Source: Longimicrobiales bacterium
GTDB lineage: Bacteria; Gemmatimonadota; Gemmatimonadetes; Longimicrobiales; Gaopeijiaceae
DNA: 64,000 bases
Reading direction: 5' to 3'
Assembly (NCBI GenBank): GCA_965116645.1
Contig: OZ220702.1
Location: forward strand, 481,929 to 545,928
The notes beneath the pieces were generated by a model. It had not been told where the DNA came from and searched no databases. It worked only from the letters and a program-made list of their open reading frames with translations. The position numbers and the translations under genes were made by a program. Position 1 is the first letter of the stretch. Every line of letters begins with the position of its first letter. Of this stretch, positions 1-7,474 are shown piece after piece.

Positions 1-1
1 G

Positions 2-277
2 GCGATGGCGCTGGCCGCGCACGATATCCGCGTCAACGCGATCGGGCCGGGGACGATCCGGACCAGGATGGCCAGGGTGACGATGAACGACGAGAGGGCG
101 CGCCGCACGATCATGTCGCGCACGCCGCTGGGCCGCCCCGGCGACCCTTCCGAGGTGGCGACGGTCGCGGTCTTTCTGGCCTCGGACTACGCGTCCTATC
201 TGACCGGCGAAACGATCTTTCCCGACGGGGGGCGGCTGTCGCTGAACTACACCGTTCCCTTGCGGGAAGATGACTGA
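2..277 (+). CDS. short-chain dehydrogenase/reductase (SDR), C-terminal part; 5' end lies outside the window
   Basis: Translation IRVNAIGPGTIRT...GRPGDPSEVATVAVFLASDYASYLTGETIFPDGG is the conserved C-terminal SDR/FabG-like segment. The frame is open to the left edge. Confidence 0.8.
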   Translation, partial: AMALAAHDIRVNAIGPGTIRTRMARVTMNDERARRTIMSRTPLGRPGDPSEVATVAVFLASDYASYLTGETIFPDGGRLSLNYTVPLREDD

Positions 278-3200
278 CGGGGCCCGCCTCGCCGTCGACA
301 TCGGCGGCACCTTCACCGATGTGGCCCTGGAGGCCGGCGGCCGCCTCGTCACCACCAAGGTCCTCACCACCCACGCGGCTCCCGAGCGGGGCGTTCTTCA
401 GGGCGTGCGCAAGGTCCTCGACATCGGCGCGGTCCCGCCCTCCTCGGTGCGGCTGGTCATCCACGGCACGACGCTGGCCACCAACGCGATCATCGAGCGC
501 AAGGGGGCGAGGACCGCGCTGATCGTGACCAGGGGGCATCGCGACGCCCTGGAGATGGCCCAGGAGAACCGCTTCGAGCAGTACGATGTCGGTGTCGACC
601 GGCCGCCGCCGCTGGTTCCGCGCCACCTGCGACTTCCGGTAACCGAGCGGGTCGACCGTCGCGGCCGCGTCCTCATCCCGCTCGACGAGGGCTCCGTTCG
701 GGCCGTCCTTCCGGTTCTCGACGAGCACGGCGCCGAGTCCGTCGCGATCGGGCTGATTCACGGCTACGCCAACCCAGCCCACGAACGCCGCATCGCCGCA
801 ATCCTGGCCGCCGAGCGGCCCGGTCTGTCGATCACGCTGGCGTCGGACGTCTGCCCGGAGATCCGCGAGTACGAGCGCCTGTCCACCGCCTGCGCCAACG
901 CGTACGTGCGGCCGCGGATGGCGCGCTACCTGAACGGTCTGGCGGCATCGTTGCGCGACGCGGAGCTGGACTGCCCCTTCCTGCTGATGACCTCCGGCGG
1001 GGGCCTGACCACCCTCGAAACCGCCGTCGCCGCCCCGATCCGGCTGGTGGAATCCGGCCCGGCCGGCGGCGCCATCCTGGCCAGCCACCTTGCCCGGGAT
1101 CTCCGGCTGGGCGACGTGCTCTCCTTCGATATGGGGGGCACCACCGCCAAGCTCTGCGTGATCGACGGCGGCGAGCCGCTCCACTCGCGCACCTTCGAGG
1201 TGGCGCGCAGCTACCGCTTCAAGCAGGGCAGCGGGCTGCCCGTGCGGATCCCCGTGATCGAGATGGTGGAGATCGGGGCCGGGGGCGGGTCGGTCGCGGG
1301 GGTGGACGAACTCGGCCGCATCCATGTGGGGCCCGAGAGCGCGGGGTCGGAGCCGGGTCCGGCGGCGTATGGGCGGGGCGGGGAAGAGCCGACCGTCACC
1401 GACGCGGACGTGGTGCTGGGGCGCATTGATACGGAGCTGTTCGCGGGGGGGGCGATCGGGCTGGACCGGGGCCGGGCCGAGGCGGCGATCGCGCGCCGTG
1501 TGGGGGACAGGCTGGGGATGGAGTTGGAGGTGGCCGCGCTGGGGGTCAGCGAGATGGTGGACGAGAACATGTCCAACGCCGCGCGCACCCACGCGATCGA
1601 GTGGGGGAAGGGTCTGCTGGGGCGCACCGTGGTTGCGTTTGGGGGATCGGCGCCGATTCACGCGGCTCGCGTCGCCGACAAGCTGGAGCTGGACCGCTTC
1701 CTCGTGCCGGGACACGCGGGGGTGGGCTCGGCGGTGGGGTTCCTGCTGGCGCCGATCTCGTATGAGGTCGTGCGGAGCCGCTACATGCGTCTCTCCGGCT
1801 TCGATCCGGAGCTGGTGCGCGAGGTGCTCGCCGGGATGAGGGGGGAGGCGGCAGCGGTGGTGGGGAGCGGGGCTCCGGGCGCCGCGACGAGCGAGCGGGC
1901 GCATGCGTACATGCGCTACGTGGGACAGGGGCACGAGATCGGGGTGGAGCTGCCGCGGGAGGTGGTGGAGGGTGGAGCAGGGGGGTTGGGGGGCGACTTG
2001 AAGGTGGACGGGGAAGAAGACTCGAAGGCCGTTGCGGCGCTCAAGGCGGCTTTCGACCGGGCGTACGAAGCTGTTTACGGGCGCACGATTCCGGGGCTGG
2101 ACATCGAGGTGCTGAGCTGGACGCTGGTGGTGTCGGCGCCTGCGGGTGGCCGGCCGCCGGGAGCCGGCGCTTCCCGCGTGCCGCCGCGCTCCACCGGGGA
2201 GTTCGGGGTCCCGGCCGAAGCAGCCGGTGTCGCAGCCGACGCGTCCGCGGCCCCGGCCGGGAGTCCCGGCGTTTCAGCTGCAACTCCCGGCCCTTCTCCG
2301 GGGAATCCCGACGTTTCAGCTGAAACGTCCAGCCCCTCCCAGCCTGAGTCCCACCCCAAACCCTCCACCTTCTCAAGACTCTTTGCAGGTACCGCGCAAG
2401 GCCACGTGAAAGCCGCCGTTTACCATCGCCCCGATCTGCCTGAAACCGCCGCCATCCCCGGCCCCGCCCTCATCGCCGAGGAGCAAACCACCACCGTCGT
2501 CCCGGAAGGCTGGGAAGCCCTCGTCCTCCCCGGCGGTCACCTCCTCGTCGAACGCCGTGTCCGCCGGGCCGCCCGCACCGGCGTCTCCGCCCTGGAGGAC
2601 CAGATCATGTGGAGCCGGCTGCTGTCGGTAGTCGAGGAACAGGCCAGGACTCTCGTCCGTACCGCCTTCTCGACCCCGGTCCGGGAAGCGGGCGACCTCT
2701 CCGCCGGCGTCTTCGATCTCAAGGGCCGCATGCTGGCCCAGGCGGTCACGGGGACACCCGGGCACGTCAACGCGATGGCCGCCTCGGTGGGGTGTTTCCT
2801 GCGCGACCACCCCGTTCACACCCTGCGCGAGGGCGACGTCCTCGTCACCAACGACCCCTGGGAGGGCACCGGCCACCTCAACGACTTCACGGTCGTCACC
2901 CCGGCCTTCCTGCACGGCGACCTGGTCGCGCTCTTCGCGGCCACCAGCCACATCGCCGACGTGGGCGGCCGCGGCTTCGGCGCCGACGCCAACCAGGTCT
3001 TCGAGGAGGGCATCCGCATCCCGATCGGCTACCTCATCCGCGCCGGCGAGGTCGACGAGACCCTGATGCGGATGGTCCGCGCGAACGTGCGCGAGCCCGA
3101 TGTCGCCCAGGGCGACCTGTACTCCCTCGCGGCCTGCAACGAGACCGGGTGCGAGCGCCTCGTCGCCATGATGACCGAATTCGGCCTCGATTCGCTTGAC

Positions 3201-4247
3201 GACCTCGCCGAGATGATCGTCACCGCCTCGCGGCGCGCCATGCTCGACCGCATTCGCGCCCTGCGCCCCGGCACCTACCGCCACCGCATGACCATCGACG
3301 GCTACGACAAGGACCTCGAACTGGTCTGCGCGCTGACCGTCACGCCCGACGGCATCCGCATCGACTGGGAGGGCACCTCGCCGATGTCTCCGTACGGCAT
3401 CAACGTGCCGGAGACCTACACGCGCGCCTACGCGTCCTTCGGCGTCCGCTGCGTGGTCGGCTCGGAAGTCCCCAACAACGCGGGCTCCCTGAGCGCGATC
3501 ACCGTCACTGCTCCGCACGGTTGCCTTCTCAACGCGCCGCCGCCGGCCGCGGTTTCGGCGCGCCACTCGATCGGCCAGATGCTGCCGGATGTGGTGCTCG
3601 GCGCGCTCGGCCAGGCCATGCCCCCCGGCTCCGTCCCTGCCGAGGGCGCGTCCTGCCTCTGGAACCCGGTGATCATGGGAGGCCCGGGGCTGGCCGGTTC
3701 CTACGGGTATGGCGACGCGGAGCCCTTTGTGGTCAACCCGTTCCACACCGGCGGCACCGGGGCCCGGCCGGGCAAGGACGGCCTCTCCGCGACCGCGTTC
3801 CCGTCGGGCGTGCGCTCGACGCCGATCGAGATCACCGAGACGGTCGCGCCGCTCATCTTCTGGCGAAAGGAGTACATCCCGGACTCGGGCGGGCCGGGCG
3901 AGCACCGGGGCGGTCTGGGTCAGGTGATGGAGGTTGCGCACGCTGAAGGGGCGGCCTTCGCCGTCTCCAAGATGTTCGAGCGGGTGCGCAACGCCGCGCG
4001 GGGCAGGGAGGGGGGTGGGGCGGGCGCTCCCGGGCGGGTCCACGTCCCGGGCGCGGGGGAGCTGCGCGTGAAGGGCCGCGAGGTGGTGCCGCCAGGACAC
4101 CGGATCGTGATGGCGACGCCGGGGGGCGGGGGGCTGGGGGACCCGCGCCGCCGGGCCCGCGAGAAGGTGCGCGAGGATGTGCTCGACGGGTATGTTACCG
4201 CGGAAGCCGCAGCACGGGAGTATGGCATGGAGGAGGAAGATTCGTGA
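270..4247 (+). CDS. fused hydantoinase/oxoprolinase A+B (HyuA-HyuB, 5-oxoprolinase-like) with a low-complexity insertion
   Basis: N-terminus LAVDIGGTFTDVAL (HyuA) and, in the same 1325-aa frame, DQIMWSRLLSVVEEQARTLVRTAFSTPVREAGDLSAGVFD (HyuB N-terminus). Start overlaps the SDR stop. Strong G/C third-position bias. Confidence 0.85.
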   Translation: MTDGARLAVDIGGTFTDVALEAGGRLVTTKVLTTHAAPERGVLQGVRKVLDIGAVPPSSVRLVIHGTTLATNAIIERKGARTALIVTRGHRDALEMAQENRFEQYDVGVDRPPPLVPRHLRLPVTERVDRRGRVLIPLDEGSVRAVLPVLDEHGAESVAIGLIHGYANPAHERRIAAILAAERPGLSITLASDVCPEIREYERLSTACANAYVRPRMARYLNGLAASLRDAELDCPFLLMTSGGGLTTLETAVAAPIRLVESGPAGGAILASHLARDLRLGDVLSFDMGGTTAKLCVIDGGEPLHSRTFEVARSYRFKQGSGLPVRIPVIEMVEIGAGGGSVAGVDELGRIHVGPESAGSEPGPAAYGRGGEEPTVTDADVVLGRIDTELFAGGAIGLDRGRAEAAIARRVGDRLGMELEVAALGVSEMVDENMSNAARTHAIEWGKGLLGRTVVAFGGSAPIHAARVADKLELDRFLVPGHAGVGSAVGFLLAPISYEVVRSRYMRLSGFDPELVREVLAGMRGEAAAVVGSGAPGAATSERAHAYMRYVGQGHEIGVELPREVVEGGAGGLGGDLKVDGEEDSKAVAALKAAFDRAYEAVYGRTIPGLDIEVLSWTLVVSAPAGGRPPGAGASRVPPRSTGEFGVPAEAAGVAADASAAPAGSPGVSAATPGPSPGNPDVSAETSSPSQPESHPKPSTFSRLFAGTAQGHVKAAVYHRPDLPETAAIPGPALIAEEQTTTVVPEGWEALVLPGGHLLVERRVRRAARTGVSALEDQIMWSRLLSVVEEQARTLVRTAFSTPVREAGDLSAGVFDLKGRMLAQAVTGTPGHVNAMAASVGCFLRDHPVHTLREGDVLVTNDPWEGTGHLNDFTVVTPAFLHGDLVALFAATSHIADVGGRGFGADANQVFEEGIRIPIGYLIRAGEVDETLMRMVRANVREPDVAQGDLYSLAACNETGCERLVAMMTEFGLDSLDDLAEMIVTASRRAMLDRIRALRPGTYRHRMTIDGYDKDLELVCALTVTPDGIRIDWEGTSPMSPYGINVPETYTRAYASFGVRCVVGSEVPNNAGSLSAITVTAPHGCLLNAPPPAAVSARHSIGQMLPDVVLGALGQAMPPGSVPAEGASCLWNPVIMGGPGLAGSYGYGDAEPFVVNPFHTGGTGARPGKDGLSATAFPSGVRSTPIEITETVAPLIFWRKEYIPDSGGPGEHRGGLGQVMEVAHAEGAAFAVSKMFERVRNAARGREGGGAGAPGRVHVPGAGELRVKGREVVPPGHRIVMATPGGGGLGDPRRRAREKVREDVLDGYVTAEAAAREYGMEEEDS
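2257..2329. repeat. two adjacent palindromic units centred on CAGCTG inside the hyuA-like coding region
   Basis: CCGGGAGT-N18-ACTCCCGG (2257-2290) encloses GTTTCAGCTGCAAC. A perfect 20-bp palindrome GACGTTTCAGCTGAAACGTC lies at 2310-2329. Both share CCCG(G/A)CGTTTCAGCTG. Confidence 0.7.
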
Positions 4248-5143
4248 AGAGATGGTGGACACTCATCGCACCGGCCGCCCTGGTGCTCGCCGCGACGGCG
4301 GCCTGCAGGGAAGAGCCGCAGGCGACCGACCCGGTCAACGACCCCGTCCGCACTATCGGCGGCGACCGACCCGCAACGCTGACGCTTCCCAACGGCTACG
4401 ACGGCAGCACGCCCATCCCGCTGGTGATCGTCCTGCACGGCTACACCGGCAACGCGGGGTGGACCAACCGCTACTTCGGGATCTCGCAGCGAATCGAACC
4501 GGACCAGATCGCCGTCATTCTGCCCAATGGCACCCGCAACGAAAACGACGAGCCGTTCTGGAACGCCACCGACTACTGCTGCGACCAGGACGGCAGCGGT
4601 GTTGACGATGTCGGATACTTGAACGGACTTGTCGCTGACGCGGGCGAACACATGACGGTCGACGGCGTCTACCTGATCGGCCTGTCCAACGGCGGATTCA
4701 TGTCCTACCGAATGGCTTGCGAGTCGATGCCGGGCCTCCGTGCGATCGCGCCCGTCGCCGGCGCCACCTTCTCCGACCCCGCGAGGTGCGAAGGCGCCCG
4801 GCCGGTTTCGGTCCTCCACATCCACGGCACCGCGGACCGCGTCATCCGCTACGCCGGAGGCGGTGGGCGTCGCGGCGCGAGCTATCCCGGCGCGGAAGAG
4901 AGCGTCCACCGGTGGGCCGGCCGGGCCGGATGCGACATGGAGGCGGCCGAAACCATGCCCTCCATGGATCTGGTCGAGGTGCTGCCCGACGAGGAGACGG
5001 ACGTGACACGGTACCACGCCGGGTGCGAGGACGGGCTGAGAGTGGAACTCTGGACCATCGAGAACGGGCAGCACGTTCCAGGATTCGATCCGGACGACTT
5101 TGGCGCGCGGGTGGTGGCGTGGTTCCTGACCGCGGGCGGGTAG
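4244..5143 (+). CDS. secreted lipoprotein, alpha/beta-hydrolase esterase (PHB-depolymerase/LpqC-like family)
   Basis: Lipobox LAATAAC, then VIVLHGYTGNAGW, GLSNGGFMSYRMACE (nucleophile elbow G-x-S-x-G) and HIHGTADRVIRY. GTG start overlaps the upstream TGA. Confidence 0.7.
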   Translation: MKRWWTLIAPAALVLAATAACREEPQATDPVNDPVRTIGGDRPATLTLPNGYDGSTPIPLVIVLHGYTGNAGWTNRYFGISQRIEPDQIAVILPNGTRNENDEPFWNATDYCCDQDGSGVDDVGYLNGLVADAGEHMTVDGVYLIGLSNGGFMSYRMACESMPGLRAIAPVAGATFSDPARCEGARPVSVLHIHGTADRVIRYAGGGGRRGASYPGAEESVHRWAGRAGCDMEAAETMPSMDLVEVLPDEETDVTRYHAGCEDGLRVELWTIENGQHVPGFDPDDFGARVVAWFLTAGG

Positions 5144-5188
5144 CCCACCGGCCTTGAAAGCCCGCCGACCCTCGACCCAGATTCCACC

Positions 5189-5599
5189 ATGGCCATCAAC
5201 CTGACCGAAGACGCCGTCCACGCACTGAATCGGGCTGCCGCCGCAGCCGCGCGCGAGGACAAGGAGGCAATTGCCCCTGGGCATATCCTCGCGGGGACCA
5301 TCTCCCAGCGCGACCCGGGACTCATCGAAGCCCTGGACGAACTCGCCCTCGTCCTGGACGCCCTGCCCGAACATCTGCGCGACGCTCCCGAGGTGTACGG
5401 CGGGCACCTGCCCTTCACGCCGGACGCCCACGAGGTTCTGGCGGCCGCGATCGAATCGGCCGGGCCCGGGAAGCCGACCGCCAGCGCACACCTTCTGGTC
5501 GGCGTCGCGAAGGCGGGCGACGACAAGTCACGCCGCGTGCTGGAAGGCTGGGGGATGAGGAAGGACGCCCTCGCGGCTGCCCTGGCGACCGATGAATGA
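5189..5599 (+). CDS. Clp N-terminal (Clp R) domain-containing protein
   Basis: Two repeats of the Clp_N-type helical motif: INLTEDAVHALNRAAAAAAREDKEAIAPGHILAG and FTPDAHEVLAAAIESAGPGKPTASAHLLVGV. Confidence 0.65.
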   Translation: MAINLTEDAVHALNRAAAAAAREDKEAIAPGHILAGTISQRDPGLIEALDELALVLDALPEHLRDAPEVYGGHLPFTPDAHEVLAAAIESAGPGKPTASAHLLVGVAKAGDDKSRRVLEGWGMRKDALAAALATDE

Positions 5600-5684
5600 A
5601 CCTTCTCCCGTCGGTCGGCGATGGAGCCGTGCCGGATTGCTCCGCCCCAAGAAGCCATATGTAAACAAAACATTACAGAATGTC

Positions 5685-6647
5685 ATGTTTAGTTTACTTT
5701 CCGCAACGTTTGCCCTCTCCTGCACCGCGGATTCGGCCCCCGGCGAGCCTGCTGCCGACGACCCCTTCGCGGCCACCCCCGCCGATGGACCGGCCCCCGA
5801 GATCGGCCCGGCCCCGGACGACTACCGCCCCACTGCCGCGGGTGCCCCCTCGACCGACATCTGGATCGGCCGCCTCGAGCGCGACGAAGACGGCACCCTC
5901 ATCGTCACCGGTCTCGCCAACGCCACCGACCGCGACGGCTACGACAACCAGCCCTCCTTCGGGCCGGCGGGCGCGGCCCTCTACTACACCTCGGCGGTGG
6001 ACTCCACCCAGACGGAGATCTTCCGGTACCGCCTTGAGGACGGCACCGCGCAGCAGATCACCCGCACCCCCGGCGCCAGCGAGTTCTCCCCCACCGTGAT
6101 CCCCGGCCAGGACGCCCTCTCCGCCATCCACGAGGAGCGCGGCGCGCAGTACCTCTGGCGTTACGGCACCGACGGGACCGACCGGGGCGCCATCTTCGCG
6201 ACCGTCGAGCCGGTAGGCTATCACGCGTGGGCCGACGAGCGCACCGCGGCGATGTTCGTGCTCGGCGATCCGCCCACCCTGCAGGTCGGCGATGCGCTCT
6301 CCGGCGAGGTGCGCACGGTGGCCGAGAACCCTGGCCGCTCCATCCACCGCATCCCCGGCACGGCCGCCATCTCCTTCGTGCGCAAGGTCACGGAGGACGA
6401 GTGGTGGATCGAAGGGCTCGACCCGGCCACAGGCGAGACCGAGCGCATCGTGCGCACGCTGCCCGGCCGTGAGGACTACGCCTGGACACCCGGCGGCGAG
6501 ATCCTCATGGGAGACGGTGCCGCGCTCTACGCCTGGGCGGCGGCGGATGGATGGACCGAGGTGGCGGGGACCGGGCCGTCCGGCGACATTTCCCGAATCG
6601 CCGTCAGCCCCGACGGCAACGCAATCGCAATTGTGAGGTCCCGATGA
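5685..6647 (+). CDS. beta-propeller (TolB/PD40-like) lipoprotein
   Basis: MFSLLSATFALSC lipobox at the internal ATG 5685 (the ORF is open from 5592). Repeated propeller-blade-like segments (DGYDNQPSFGP...LYYTS, ISRIAVSPDGNAIAIV). Confidence 0.6.
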   Translation: MFSLLSATFALSCTADSAPGEPAADDPFAATPADGPAPEIGPAPDDYRPTAAGAPSTDIWIGRLERDEDGTLIVTGLANATDRDGYDNQPSFGPAGAALYYTSAVDSTQTEIFRYRLEDGTAQQITRTPGASEFSPTVIPGQDALSAIHEERGAQYLWRYGTDGTDRGAIFATVEPVGYHAWADERTAAMFVLGDPPTLQVGDALSGEVRTVAENPGRSIHRIPGTAAISFVRKVTEDEWWIEGLDPATGETERIVRTLPGREDYAWTPGGEILMGDGAALYAWAAADGWTEVAGTGPSGDISRIAVSPDGNAIAIVRSR

Positions 6648-6832
6648 GCGACCGACGCCGCGAATTCCGCATCCTCGCGATCTACTGCGTTGCCGGCGCA
6701 GTGGCCCTCGGCGCCCTGGCCCTGACCGGGCTCATCGTACCGGCCACACCCTGGGTCACGGTCGGTGCCGCCCTCATCGGCGCATGGGTGGGCCTTGCCA
6801 TCTACCGCCTGAGGTCCGATTCCTTGATATAG
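6644..6832 (+). CDS. small two-helix membrane protein
   Basis: ATG 6644 overlaps the upstream stop (ATGA). The 62-aa product has two hydrophobic helices (ILAIYCVAGAVALGALALTGLIV / VTVGAALIGAWVGLAIY). Confidence 0.5.
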   Translation: MSDRRREFRILAIYCVAGAVALGALALTGLIVPATPWVTVGAALIGAWVGLAIYRLRSDSLI

Positions 6833-6993
6833 GGGCACCCGCGGACCGTTTTCGGCTGGGCCGGCTACCAACGGTAGTGCGACCGCCGGGCTCTTCCGCA
6901 CTCAGGGCTGCGCGGGACGAAACATCAGTCCCACGGCGACCGTACCACACTTGAACGGTCCACGGCGAATCAACAGAAACGGGGAAGTCCATC

Positions 6994-7473
6994 ATGATAG
7001 GCGAATTCTTCAGCTGGTACTTCGGGGCGCTCGTCGACTTCTGGGGCACGGCCCTGCGGCTCGGGCTTCCCCAGATCCTTCTTCTCATCCTGATCCTCAT
7101 ATGCCTGCGGCGACCGCGCTGTCGCAAGTGCGGCGACAAGTCCGACGACAAGCGCTGCTGCTGGACATGGGGCGGATCACGCGGCCGGTGGGCCGGCAGG
7201 CCCGGCAGGTGGGGCAGATGGGGCTGGTACTGCTGCTGCCGGAGGGAGTGCGGTTGCGCCTGCGGCAAGTGCTGCTGCAATGGCGGGCGCGCTTGTGACA
7301 TGGGCGCGGAAGACGATGTCGAGGCCGAGGCACGGGCCGACATCGAAGTCGAGGCCGAAGTCGTGAAAGAGGCCGAGGTCGTGGCAGAGGCGGAAGTCGT
7401 GGAGGCCGAAGTCGTGGAAGAGGCCGAGGTCGCCGAAGAGGCTGAAGTCGAAGCCGAGGCTGACGACTCCTGA
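6994..7473 (+). CDS. small membrane-anchored Cys/Trp/Arg-rich protein with poly-acidic (EAEVV)n tail
   Basis: GGGGAAG lies 7 nt upstream of the ATG. Nearly all codons end in G/C. N-terminal TM helix (LPQILLLILILICL), then CRKCGDK..CCWTWGGSRGRWAGRPGRWGRWGWYCCCRRECGCACGKCCCNGGRAC, then a Glu/Ala/Val repeat tail. The stop lies 1 nt before the next gene. Confidence 0.6.
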   Translation: MIGEFFSWYFGALVDFWGTALRLGLPQILLLILILICLRRPRCRKCGDKSDDKRCCWTWGGSRGRWAGRPGRWGRWGWYCCCRRECGCACGKCCCNGGRACDMGAEDDVEAEARADIEVEAEVVKEAEVVAEAEVVEAEVVEEAEVAEEAEVEAEADDS

Positions 7474-7474
7474 C

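Noticed and set aside
111-1934. Long antisense or out-of-frame ORFs throughout the window. Examples: 111..1934(-), 2373..4262(-), 3920..5491(-), 11093..14305(-), 14203..16047(-), 28631..30457(+), 33481..35178(+), 35406..37676(+), 38220..39593(+), 41425..42849(+), 52351..54102(-), 61633..62955(-), 61920..63077(+).
   Set aside because: Their translations are Arg/Pro/Gly/His-rich with no recognisable motifs. Each lies opposite, or out of frame with, a gene that has clear family signatures and G/C third-position bias. This is the typical stop-codon-poor artefact of very GC-rich DNA.
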